A stretch of DNA of 64,000 nt from Promethearchaeota archaeon (GTDB taxonomy: Archaea > Asgardarchaeota > Heimdallarchaeia > Hodarchaeales > Hodarchaeaceae), in the NCBI GenBank assembly GCA_048938105.1, contig JBHLMN010000002.1:256001-320000 (forward strand), in the 5' to 3' direction. This document shows positions 40,877-50,807 of the stretch, piece after piece. Both the position numbers and the translations under genes were made by a program. Each line of letters opens with the position of its first letter. Position 1 is the stretch's first letter. Under the pieces are notes generated by a model. The model saw only the letters and a list, made by a program, of their open reading frames with translations. It was not told the origin of the DNA and made no database searches.

Positions 40877-41878
40877 ATGGAAATCAGAAAAATTCAGGTT
40901 ACTGGAGCTGGTGATACCCGTATCATCTCTCTTCCTAAGGATTGGGCAGAGCGGTACCACCTTGACAAGGGAGACAATATTATTATTAAAGAACTTTCTA
41001 CTGGTGACTTAATTGTTTATCCTCAGAAAGCTCTTGAACCTCAAAAACGAATAGCGAGAATCATAGAATCTGATCATGTAAATCGAGATATTCTCGCTGC
41101 ATACCTGTTAGGGAGTGATATAATAATTGTTATCTCAGAGAAGGGGGAAGCATTAACTCAAAAAAGCAATATTAAGGAGCTAAGTCGTCAATTGATTGGT
41201 TTAGAAATCCTTGGTGAAACCCAAGAGAGTATTGAACTTCACTTCTTAATTGGAGAAGAAAAAGAAAACCCCCGTAAGTATGTCGAAAGATGCTTTTCAA
41301 TTGCAAACCAAATGCAGAGTGATGCTATCACCGCTTTCTTGAAAGAAGATGCAAAGCTAGCTAGGGAAGTAATAGATAGGGATGTGGAGGTTAATAGACT
41401 TTATTTCCTTATTGTGCGAATGTTAAAAATAATGGCTGATGATAAACGTGAGGTATCATATTTAAAAGGCCCTGCCTGCCTGGATTGGCGAATGATTGCC
41501 ACATATAGTGAAGATTTGGGAGATGCTTCAGTTGAATTCGCTAGAATTGTGAAAAAGAATCCAGTCATGAATAAAAGCCTCTCTTCAGAAACTCTAGGAA
41601 AGATTAAAGCATTGAGCGATCTAACTACTGAGTCATTAAATCAAAGTTTAGACCTTTTTTTTGAGCAGAATGTCATTGGGGCTGAGATTTTGAAAAGGAA
41701 AATTGCTACTCAGCTCCGTAATGCTCATAAGGAGATTCAGGATGACATTTCTAAACTTGAAAAAGAAGTCGTGTGGCAATTATCCTCCCTTCTAAACTTA
41801 TTCAAGGAGCTTCATGAAACAGCTATTGATATCGGAGATCTAGTTATTGCTAAAGTCAATAATGAATCTGAAAAATAA
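40877..41878 (+). CDS. Archaeal AbrB-PhoU phosphate uptake regulator
   Basis: RKIQVTG..IISLPKDW, AAYLLG, RDVEVNRLYFLIVR. Confidence 0.88.
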   Translation: MEIRKIQVTGAGDTRIISLPKDWAERYHLDKGDNIIIKELSTGDLIVYPQKALEPQKRIARIIESDHVNRDILAAYLLGSDIIIVISEKGEALTQKSNIKELSRQLIGLEILGETQESIELHFLIGEEKENPRKYVERCFSIANQMQSDAITAFLKEDAKLAREVIDRDVEVNRLYFLIVRMLKIMADDKREVSYLKGPACLDWRMIATYSEDLGDASVEFARIVKKNPVMNKSLSSETLGKIKALSDLTTESLNQSLDLFFEQNVIGAEILKRKIATQLRNAHKEIQDDISKLEKEVVWQLSSLLNLFKELHETAIDIGDLVIAKVNNESEK

Positions 41879-42077
41879 TTTATGAATCATTTAATACTTC
41901 TTAATAATATACACATCAATAAGAAATCAGATTTCAGAAACTAATGCTATTATTCTTTATGTAGTCTAATGTTAAAAGTTTAATATAGAGATAGCGGAAA
42001 CCAGATAGAAAGTCTAATAAAGTTATTTTAAAGTGTGTGAATTAGAAACAAATCAGTCAATTGGAGAACACAGAGAA

Positions 42078-42302
42078 ATGGCTATTAAGGAACAAATTGC
42101 TCAATCACTAGAAGAATTGCGAGTATACTTACAACGCGATGGTGGCGATGTAGAGTTCGTAGATTATGAAGACGGGGTTCTTAAAGTACGATTAATGGGA
42201 GCTTGCAGGGGATGCCCATATTCGCAGATGACACTTGCCAACGGTATTAAACGTACTTTACAACAGAAGTTTCCTCAGTTACAGGAAGTAGAAAATGTTT
42301 AG
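42078..42302 (+). CDS. NifU C-terminal-domain (Nfu) Fe-S carrier
   Basis: LQRDGGDVE, GACRGCP, TLANGI. Confidence 0.92.
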   Translation: MAIKEQIAQSLEELRVYLQRDGGDVEFVDYEDGVLKVRLMGACRGCPYSQMTLANGIKRTLQQKFPQLQEVENV

Positions 42303-42670
42303 CTTTTGGTAAAAGAAATTATTTTTTACTTATTTTTATATGTAAGCTCTTCTAAGCCTCAAATCAATCAGGAGATGTTATTGCTCCTTGATTATCTTTT
42401 TTAAAATATTATTCAAATGCTTGTATAACAATAATCCCAATATTAATGTTATTTTTAGATCAAATGTACTGGTTATTCTAAAGAATTGGACTAACTGAAT
42501 CAGGAATTAATATAGATAAGAACATACTATAATTTTATACTTTCAATTCCCTTTTAAAGGAAATTAGAGAATTTATGTTAATAAACTTTGATGTTGTATA
42601 TTTAAATAATTCATCTGATATTATTCTTCTGAATTAATTATATCAAAAAGATTATTTCTGTTGAATTTCA

Positions 42671-44008
42671 TTGAAAGACATGCAGGAAGATAAAAAGTGT
42701 AATGATGGGGAAACGGTCTCTGTTTCTCCAACTCAAAAAACGCAAATTCATTTACAACTTTCTGAAAGACTTAATGATTTACCCATACCCCAAGAAATTC
42801 TAAAAAACCTACTTGAAATTTTAGAGAAGCCCTATTGTTTTGATATAATTTTCTTAAGTGATATCTCAGATCCTCCCGAGTTTGTTGCTCGTTTTACTGA
42901 AATTCCTTTAAATGCTGAAGATATTCATTCCTTCCTAATTAATACTCATAGAAAAAAATGGGATTTAAATTCATCCTTTAAGTATCTTAATAACAAAATG
43001 ATTGATTATCAGACCGAATTCAATAAATATGGAATAAAAACTCTCTTCCTCTTTCAAATTAGCACCATTCTTTTTCCAAAATACTATTTAGGTTTTATAA
43101 ACCTTGAAAGCGTCTTAAAACCATCAAAAGATGATTTATATTTTTTTCGTACATTAGCTAACTATATCAACTTATCAATTTCATATTATGAATTAAAATC
43201 GTTGTTTGAAGCCTCTTATGATAAGTTACAGGGTAATGTTGAAAGGTTCCAACGGGAAAATGAACAAAGACGAGAATTACTGCTAAAAGTAAAAGAACAA
43301 ACAAAAGAATTGCAGCAAAAACACACTGAAATGGAGGAATTTGTATATACCATCAGCCACGATCTTAAAACCCCGATTATTTCTATTCAAGGTTTCATTT
43401 CTGCTTTCACTGAAGATTTTGCAGAAGAACTCTCAGATGAAGCTAAATTTTATTTAGATCGTATTGGAAAAAATACAAGTCAAATTGAAAGTATGATTCG
43501 AGAAGTATTGGAATATTCTAGGATAGGAAGAATCACACAAGAAAAAGAGCGATTTGCTTTAAAAGAAATCATTGACGATTCTCTGGCTCAACTTTCACCT
43601 CAAATCCAAGCTGCTAATATTAAAATCGGTTTTAAAGGCGAATTTCCAGAAGTTTTCGCTGAAAAAAATCGAATGCTTCAACTTTGTAGTAATTTAATTG
43701 GTAATAGCATAAAGTACATGGGTGAGCAATTAAAACCGTGTATTGAGTTGGGGGTTAATGATATTGGTTCTAAATATGTCACGATATATATTAAAGACAA
43801 TGGAATGGGAATTCCCGAAAATTTTATTGATAAAGTATTCAATATCTTTGCGAGAGCTAGCAATTTTAAAGGTCATGATATAGAAGGAAGTGGAATTGGA
43901 TTAGCACATTGTAAAAAAATTGTTGAGACCCACGGAGGAAAAATATGGGTAGAAAGTATTGAGAAGAAAGGTACAACGATGTTTTTCAAATTACCTTTAG
44001 CTAAATAA
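42671..44008 (+). CDS. Cytoplasmic sensor histidine kinase
   Basis: H-box SHDLKTP, N-box NLIGNSIKY, DNGMG, GSGIGL, HGG. Confidence 0.92.
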   Translation: MKDMQEDKKCNDGETVSVSPTQKTQIHLQLSERLNDLPIPQEILKNLLEILEKPYCFDIIFLSDISDPPEFVARFTEIPLNAEDIHSFLINTHRKKWDLNSSFKYLNNKMIDYQTEFNKYGIKTLFLFQISTILFPKYYLGFINLESVLKPSKDDLYFFRTLANYINLSISYYELKSLFEASYDKLQGNVERFQRENEQRRELLLKVKEQTKELQQKHTEMEEFVYTISHDLKTPIISIQGFISAFTEDFAEELSDEAKFYLDRIGKNTSQIESMIREVLEYSRIGRITQEKERFALKEIIDDSLAQLSPQIQAANIKIGFKGEFPEVFAEKNRMLQLCSNLIGNSIKYMGEQLKPCIELGVNDIGSKYVTIYIKDNGMGIPENFIDKVFNIFARASNFKGHDIEGSGIGLAHCKKIVETHGGKIWVESIEKKGTTMFFKLPLAK

Positions 44009-44034
44009 CAAATTACCAGGAAAAACAGAGTTTC

Positions 44035-44829
44035 TTAGTGACCTTTGTTACTTCTATTTTTTTTTAGAAAACTATCAATTTTAATGAACAGCTCTTCCGA
44101 ATCAGGTTCCACGGTCAGTATATGACCTGATTTAGGCAATTCAAGTATTTCAATGTCAGTACTTGTAGCAAATTTCTGTTCCTTTGCATCAAAAATTGCA
44201 GAAATGGAAATCATGTCGTCAAAGGCACCGTAAGCAATCAAAGTAGGTATGGTAATGCTAATTGGTTGGCTATTTATATGATTGAGAAAACGTGTCAATT
44301 GGATTATTGAAGTAATTGGACGATACATATAGCTGTAGAGGTTATGCTCCTTGAAATATTGGAGAGAGGTTTCCCCCTTATACAAATATTTCTTAAAAAT
44401 TTGCAATAATGGTATTAATTTTATTAGTCGTGATTTCAGAGCAAAAGGTGGTGCTAGAAGGATTAACTTAGGAATATGTGCTTCATGATGTTGATGAACT
44501 AAATAGAAGCATAAAATAGCTCCTAAAGAGATTCCAATTGGGAAAACAGTCTGGCAGAATTCTTTGAGATTTAAATAGCCAGTTTCCACAGATTTATACC
44601 AATCATGCCAGGTGAATTTAGATAATTCTCTATAATTTGTACCATGCCCCGCTAATCGTATCCCGTGAACTGTATAGCCTTTTTTATGGAGAAATTTGCC
44701 TAGGGGCAGTGTTTCTGTGGGGGATGCTGTAAAACCATGTACCAACAACACCCCAACTTCGGATCCCTCAAAATAAAATGGTTTAGCAAGAGGTTTTAAC
44801 GATTCTAATTCATTGAAATCATTTTTCAT
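44035..44829 (-). CDS. Alpha/beta hydrolase (carboxylesterase/monoglyceride lipase-like)
   Basis: HGFTASP, LAGHGT, GISLG, D and SGH triad residues. Confidence 0.88.
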   Translation of the reverse strand: MKNDFNELESLKPLAKPFYFEGSEVGVLLVHGFTASPTETLPLGKFLHKKGYTVHGIRLAGHGTNYRELSKFTWHDWYKSVETGYLNLKEFCQTVFPIGISLGAILCFYLVHQHHEAHIPKLILLAPPFALKSRLIKLIPLLQIFKKYLYKGETSLQYFKEHNLYSYMYRPITSIIQLTRFLNHINSQPISITIPTLIAYGAFDDMISISAIFDAKEQKFATSTDIEILELPKSGHILTVEPDSEELFIKIDSFLKKNRSNKGH

Positions 44830-44912
44830 CAACTTTACACCGATAAACATAATATTTTGGTTTTATAAGTCATGGAGATAAAGACTAAAAGAAATATAAA
44901 AGCTAAAGAACA

Positions 44913-44929
44913 TTCAAGAATTGTTTAAC
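44913..44929 (+). promoter_or_regulatory. Candidate operator TTCAA-n3-TTGT-n2-AAC, copy 1
   Basis: ttcaagaattgtttaac just downstream of a TATA-like aatataaaa; matches copies at 47296 and 47479. Confidence 0.5.
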
Positions 44930-44977
44930 AAATGCAATTTAAACTTGTGTGAGAAATTTCAATCGAGAGGATCTAGT

Positions 44978-46354
44978 GTGAACTACAAAGTTATTATCAC
45001 TAACGAGAAGATATCAACTGTTCTCTTGGTAATAATACTTTGTTTAAGCAATCTGATTCTATTGAGAGCTAAAGCCGACATTCAAGCACCTACTAGTCAA
45101 CAATATCCGATTAAAATTGAACAAAGTGAAATTCCCCTTTTTGGTGGGATTCAATCTGTTCGTGCGATTTTTGGTGAAAGTACAATTGGTGTCCTATATG
45201 GTACAATCGATAATCCTCAACCACTTTACCTATTTACTGAATTCTCACAAAAAATCGCTACAGTACAGATTTTTAATCGTCGTGGAACTTTAGAAAAAGA
45301 GATAGAATTGAATGTCCAAAATATATTTGCATTTCGACTGGATGCAATAATCGAATTCTCTGATAGGAATAACGATGGTTTGTACACTGCTTTACAAGAC
45401 CGAACACCTCTAAAAATGGTAAACCTATCAGCTGTTTCGTTCCATATTGCAAAGAAGAATGAAAGTTCAAGTTCTTCTGGAGATGACATTGAATATAAGG
45501 TGAGGTTTACCGCAAGGGACATCTCCTATCAAAGGATTAACGACTCTCCTATCAGATCAACTTTAGATAGTCTTTGTTTTTCTTTTGAACTGACAATCAA
45601 GCAAGACCAAGTATTAATATCTGAAGTTCCAATTATCACTATTCATCCACAAGAATTCGGTTTTCATGCTTCTAAAAATGTTAATAGCGAAGATTTACCT
45701 GCAAATCGCTTAACCCCTCGATTGAAATTTTCCTGTAACATCACAGGATGGGATTATTCTTCATCCAAATCGAAACTCTTGTTAAAAAATGTAATAATAA
45801 CACATGAGCAAATCTTGACGACATTAGGAGCAATATCTGGTAAACAAATAACTCGTGAGGCTCTAAAATCAACTAATATCTTCAGCAGATTGGCATTTAA
45901 CGTTGAAAAAGACGGAGGATATAAAAAATCATATTTAGACCACAAAGAAAATCGTACCAAAGAATATACTATTCGTAAATTTTCTAATTTTCAAATTTCT
46001 TTAGGAAATTCAATAAGGAATTTTCTTAATCTAACTTGGTTTCCTACTCTTGATGTAGACAGAAAGGATTATCCTATGGTTTTTCAGTTATTGAGATCTG
46101 GTGAAACAGACTTTCGTTTTCATCACGCTAACCCGCAAACATGTCTCTATCTAATTGGTGGATTCATTTTTCCTCAAGGAGAAGAAATTTTTTATGACCC
46201 TGATGTCCAGCTAGAAGAATTAAATCCCATTTTCTCTATACCTAAGATACCAAATCGTTCAATATTAGAAGAAAATAGTCTAATGATATTGATTTCGGGA
46301 TTCTTTATAGGTATTTTAATCTTATTCCGTCAACTTACCTATAGACGGAGATAA
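44978..46354 (+). CDS. Secreted, C-terminally anchored surface protein
   Basis: Signal-like N-terminus (GTG after GAGAGG), Dx[DN]xDG-like loop DRNNDG, IFYDPD motif, C-terminal TM plus RRR. Confidence 0.75.
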   Translation: MNYKVIITNEKISTVLLVIILCLSNLILLRAKADIQAPTSQQYPIKIEQSEIPLFGGIQSVRAIFGESTIGVLYGTIDNPQPLYLFTEFSQKIATVQIFNRRGTLEKEIELNVQNIFAFRLDAIIEFSDRNNDGLYTALQDRTPLKMVNLSAVSFHIAKKNESSSSSGDDIEYKVRFTARDISYQRINDSPIRSTLDSLCFSFELTIKQDQVLISEVPIITIHPQEFGFHASKNVNSEDLPANRLTPRLKFSCNITGWDYSSSKSKLLLKNVIITHEQILTTLGAISGKQITREALKSTNIFSRLAFNVEKDGGYKKSYLDHKENRTKEYTIRKFSNFQISLGNSIRNFLNLTWFPTLDVDRKDYPMVFQLLRSGETDFRFHHANPQTCLYLIGGFIFPQGEEIFYDPDVQLEELNPIFSIPKIPNRSILEENSLMILISGFFIGILILFRQLTYRRR

Positions 46355-46405
46355 TCAACTAGGATGTTCACCTAAGGTTAGTGAATCAATCGAGGATTAG
46401 TCAGT

Positions 46406-47293
46406 ATGACTGAGAATGAGGAGTATTCAGAAGTTGAATCAAAATCACTTCATAATATATATGCAGCCTTAGGTCATGCTATTCGTTATGACATTGTTAA
46501 TTATCTAGGAGCATTTCATAGACCTGTTAATTATTCAGAATTAGTAGAATGGCTACAGATAAAACCTGGTTCTTTCTACTTCCATATGAAAAAATTAAAA
46601 GATTTAGTTAAACAAAATTCAGAAAAGCGTTTTTACTTAACGTCTGAAGGCCAATTAGCTTTAGAATTAATAAGATCAGGAGAGAGGTTGCAATCTGGAT
46701 CTCAAATTTCCGTTGAAGACTCGAAAAGAGAAGAAATAATTCCTCCCAAGCGATTTTCGATTGTTTTCTTTGGTGAATTTGTTCGTAGATCAGCATTTAA
46801 TTTTCAATTCAAACTAATTATACTACTGATAGTTCTAATACAAATATTTCTACTTGATTTTTCGAGATTAGGAACGGTTCCTTTTTATCTTGATGGAAAT
46901 CTATACTATGGGACTTTAGGTTGTATTATTGAATTACTTGGATCTTACATAGTAGTCTGGGCTCTTTTAGAAATTGTGATACGTTTTTATAGCCCAATTA
47001 AAAACTTCTCAAACGAACTCTTAACAGGGATTCCATTAGCAATGATACCACTATTTACTTATCCGCTATTAGTAATTTTAGCAGATAATATTCAATTTTT
47101 GGGGGATATTGTTTCACATTCAGCATTATCTATTAGTATTATCTTCTTTCTACAGATAATAACTGCAATTTTCTTGGTTCAATTATTACAGGTAATTAAA
47201 TCTGTTAATTTTGAAAGAGCTTTGGTACCTGTGTTCATTGTCCTTTATGGTTTCAGTATCTTGAGTTTCATTATTTCTAATCTTCCATTCTAA
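46406..47293 (+). CDS. Membrane-anchored winged-helix (ArsR-like) regulator
   Basis: ALGHAIRYDIV..YSELV..GSFYFHMKKL..YLTSEG followed by about five hydrophobic segments. Confidence 0.8.
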   Translation: MTENEEYSEVESKSLHNIYAALGHAIRYDIVNYLGAFHRPVNYSELVEWLQIKPGSFYFHMKKLKDLVKQNSEKRFYLTSEGQLALELIRSGERLQSGSQISVEDSKREEIIPPKRFSIVFFGEFVRRSAFNFQFKLIILLIVLIQIFLLDFSRLGTVPFYLDGNLYYGTLGCIIELLGSYIVVWALLEIVIRFYSPIKNFSNELLTGIPLAMIPLFTYPLLVILADNIQFLGDIVSHSALSISIIFFLQIITAIFLVQLLQVIKSVNFERALVPVFIVLYGFSILSFIISNLPF

Positions 47294-47313
47294 AGTTCAA
47301 TACTTGTTGAACT
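47294..47313. promoter_or_regulatory. Perfect inverted repeat AGTTCAA-n6-TTGAACT (operator copy 2)
   Basis: Read directly from the sequence; begins right after the regulator stop codon. Confidence 0.5.
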
Positions 47314-47478
47314 CGTGTTAACAGACATTACAATGTGTTTATTCATTTTCCTTGCTTTTATTCATACAAATATCACTCCCTAGGCGTTCTATTCATTTTT
47401 TATTACATAAAAGGCTACTGATACACTACTAAACAAATCTAATAGCTATTTTCAGTTCAAAATGCTGAACCGAGGGAT

Positions 47479-47495
47479 TTCAACATTTGTATAAC
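47479..47495 (+). promoter_or_regulatory. Candidate operator copy 3
   Basis: ttcaacatttgtataac, about 100 bp upstream of the 47596 start. Confidence 0.5.
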
Positions 47496-47595
47496 ACATT
47501 GTTCAAGAGAATGGAATTTACTAATTTAATCACAACATAAAGCTTAGATTGACACTATAAAGAAAAAAATCAAACAAAAATGGTGAAAAACTTTG

Positions 47596-49479
47596 ATGAT
47601 TGAAAATAAATTTAAAAAGAGTCTGTTTTGGTTTCTGGTTGCAGCCTCACTCTTTGGAACATCAGTCATATCGAGTGTTGGTTCTTCTAGTATAACGCCA
47701 ATACCTGTGGAACGTCCTCAGGGGATTAGAATGAATCAAATGCACAATAGATTTCTTTGGTTAATTCGTAGCATGCAGAGTGCTGGTTTTACTCCTGATA
47801 ATGTTTTTTATGGTGTATATGATAGTGTTGGCACATATAGCTATTCTATCGTCGATGAAAGAGAACGAGAAGTTACGATACCCCTTGATGATCTTATAGT
47901 TTTATTAAATATAACAATTAATCGTCTAGAAGAGATTGGTACAGATTCAGATGCATTAATATACCTTAATGATCTATATACTGAACTTCTCGCTCATGAC
48001 GAAGTAATCATCTATCATAAGGTTGATTCTGATTTATCAGTTGCTAGTAGTCACGATCGTAAGGCAGTAACAATTTTTTATGACAATGATCGAAGTGTAC
48101 TTGATACTTTTGACAAAATAAAGAACAATGAAACCATTACTGAACAACCTTTTTCTGGAGATGAAATTCTTACAAATATTTTCATGTCATTAATTCGAGA
48201 TGAAATCAGTGGATCTTATGAGGTCATTAACACTTGGGAATATGAGAATGGATCTGACGCAGCATTATTGAAAGATTTCATTCGTCGTATCACTAATAAT
48301 CGATGGCTTTATTCCGAGGCGAGACTTCTATATAGACTTCCTATAATCAATAAAATGCGAATCATGGTTCAAGAGACCAACTCTTGGTATGCATCTGAGG
48401 AAGATCCTAGAGTACTTGAATACGGTCGTTTTGAAATCTCTCAATTGTTAATCGATAAGTTAAATTTGCGGAAAGTAGGCCAAAATCTTGTTATTAATGA
48501 ATATGATTATACATACATGGAACATCACCTGTTAGGTAGTTTAGTATATAATGACACCAATGAGAATGGAATGATGGATATTGGGGTAGAAACTATCCCC
48601 GTAGGCAATTACAACCTTGCTTATCCAACAATCGGTGATGAGGCTCAATACCGTTTTGATATCAAAGATATTAACTCCAGAACTTATTTGATGCCACAAA
48701 CTACAGACAATATGCTCGAATTTGGATCAGAGTTTGAAGATGTAGTTGGCTATTTACTACCCATTGAGAGAAAACAAGATGACAGTCTATTTGATATTTC
48801 CGCAGGCCAAGCGTACAACGTGGATGAAATTTCTACTCTTTTTCATTTCTCTGTAAATAATACAGATGGAAGTGTTAATTTAAAGTTCGATTATATCATT
48901 GGAAATTGGAATAACAGTGAATCTCTAGAAGGATTAGGATTTAGTCAATTAATGGCTTCAACAGTTGTGGATGCTCATAGGACACGAACATTCCAGTGGA
49001 GGAATGAGAATAATGCTGAATTAGGAGATACTGATGAAAATGCTTCTAAGATATCACGATTTCGACTAGCATCTGCAGAAGGACAGTTCGGTGAAATCCG
49101 TCTTGATGACATTCCATATTTATGGGGCGATACACAAGAAAAAGCGAATGCTGTTGGCCAATTAGTCCCTATGAGTTTAATAGATGTTACTTATGGGCGA
49201 ATCTCAAGTGAGGCTGATTTAATCCGCACTATTAGTGGTGATATCACTCGAAGAACTTTTCTGTACTCAGTATCTTACCCTAAATGGGATGGTAAGAGCA
49301 TTACTCATGATCCTGCGTTTGCTGCAGTTGGGGGTTTAGCTGCTGAAGCTTCAAACACTTCTGAAACTCAACCTCCATCAGATGTGGAGAGCGGTATTCC
49401 AGGTTTTGAGCTTGCATCGGTCTTTCTTTCAATTCCAATACTAGCTCTTATAGAAGTATATAGACGGAAGTACAAATGA
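47596..49479 (+). CDS. Secreted surface glycoprotein with PGF-type C-terminal sorting signal
   Basis: Signal peptide, many NxS/T sequons, DTNENG loop, ITHDP motif, S/T/P linker, IPGF-TM-RRKYK. Confidence 0.8.
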   Translation: MIENKFKKSLFWFLVAASLFGTSVISSVGSSSITPIPVERPQGIRMNQMHNRFLWLIRSMQSAGFTPDNVFYGVYDSVGTYSYSIVDEREREVTIPLDDLIVLLNITINRLEEIGTDSDALIYLNDLYTELLAHDEVIIYHKVDSDLSVASSHDRKAVTIFYDNDRSVLDTFDKIKNNETITEQPFSGDEILTNIFMSLIRDEISGSYEVINTWEYENGSDAALLKDFIRRITNNRWLYSEARLLYRLPIINKMRIMVQETNSWYASEEDPRVLEYGRFEISQLLIDKLNLRKVGQNLVINEYDYTYMEHHLLGSLVYNDTNENGMMDIGVETIPVGNYNLAYPTIGDEAQYRFDIKDINSRTYLMPQTTDNMLEFGSEFEDVVGYLLPIERKQDDSLFDISAGQAYNVDEISTLFHFSVNNTDGSVNLKFDYIIGNWNNSESLEGLGFSQLMASTVVDAHRTRTFQWRNENNAELGDTDENASKISRFRLASAEGQFGEIRLDDIPYLWGDTQEKANAVGQLVPMSLIDVTYGRISSEADLIRTISGDITRRTFLYSVSYPKWDGKSITHDPAFAAVGGLAAEASNTSETQPPSDVESGIPGFELASVFLSIPILALIEVYRRKYK

Positions 49480-49521
49480 TTCTAGTGTTACTTTTCAAAA
49501 AAAGGATGTTGGACTGGTTCT

Positions 49522-50652
49522 TTAAAGACTATTCCACTCTTTCCTCTTTTTTTTTAATTGATTCTCATACGAATGGTATTTCCATCTGGGATGAAATACT
49601 TGTGGACCAAATACATCTAATCCCTTTTTAGTTTTCCAGATGGAGGCGCTTGCTTTGGCAAAAACTGCCACTTCACGATTCTTTTTAAAATCGTCAGTCC
49701 AAGGAGTTAAACCTTTCCCTGAAAAGCGATCTACAATTAACAAACTATCAGGGCAAGTAATATATTCTTTTCCATCCAACCATGATAATAAATACTCATT
49801 TTGGTACCAAACCTTTAAAGAATGATGATTCGATCTCAAGGTAATTGTACCTGAGGTGAAACCTCCACTATCAGTTCTCGTAAAATCCTCCACTATACCA
49901 GTGAAAATAAGAGAAGCGTCTAAAACTCTTTTGATAATGGGAATAGGATCGAGGTTTTTTTCAGCGACTTCGCGGAGTTCACGCCCTAGCTGGATTGCTA
50001 GGGAAATACTTCCTCTGACTACACCTTTTTGACAGTCTGATGCCGTCATAGGGCACCTAGCAACCGCTATTGTCCCATCACATAATCTTGAGATCATACG
50101 ACATATGTCTTCGGCCCTCTTGTCGGAAATAGTGTCCTTTAAGATCATTCGATCTCCATAAGCGCTGACGATAGCAAGTGGAGTAATTGAAATACCAACC
50201 ACAGTAGTTGTACTAATTGAAATCATTGGCTTGGAACGCCCAGCACACATGTCACCATCCACAATAACACGATCTAGAAGACTCCCAACGTATAATGGGA
50301 TCACAATATTTCCTGGTCCCATCTCTGTTGAGACAAAACCAGCGAAGTGAGTTCCTAAGTGTTTTTCTAGTTCATTAACGGCTTCAACCATGACGTTGGT
50401 CGATGTAATGGGTATATTTTCAATAAATTTTTTATCTTGAGAAGATATACCTCCTCCTACCATCCCTATAATGCATATAAAGTCATTTGGTTTGAATTCT
50501 ATAATATCTTGTATTCGAAAACTTTTTCCTTGAGAATAAATTTCATCGATTCGCTTTTTAGCAAGAATAGGATCACCCCCTCCGCCTGTGCAAAGGATTT
50601 GTGCACCTTCGACCAAATATACGGCTTCACTATTTGTTAATTCTCGAGACAA
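49522..50652 (-). CDS. DUF917 family protein
   Basis: GAQILCTGGGG, EMGPGN, VDGD..GRSKP, QNEYL, CPD. Confidence 0.85.
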   Translation of the reverse strand: MSRELTNSEAVYLVEGAQILCTGGGGDPILAKKRIDEIYSQGKSFRIQDIIEFKPNDFICIIGMVGGGISSQDKKFIENIPITSTNVMVEAVNELEKHLGTHFAGFVSTEMGPGNIVIPLYVGSLLDRVIVDGDMCAGRSKPMISISTTTVVGISITPLAIVSAYGDRMILKDTISDKRAEDICRMISRLCDGTIAVARCPMTASDCQKGVVRGSISLAIQLGRELREVAEKNLDPIPIIKRVLDASLIFTGIVEDFTRTDSGGFTSGTITLRSNHHSLKVWYQNEYLLSWLDGKEYITCPDSLLIVDRFSGKGLTPWTDDFKKNREVAVFAKASASIWKTKKGLDVFGPQVFHPRWKYHSYENQLKKKRKEWNSL

Positions 50653-50807
50653 TCTTGTTACCTCCTAAGTCAGAAATTTCCTAAATTTCCTATAAATTAT
50701 AATAATTGGTAATAACTTCATTTGATGATATTCATATAATTGAAAAATTTGTTTCAGATTGTGTGAAAAGATAGCTTTTTCATCTAGAAAAACTAATTCT
50801 AGATACC

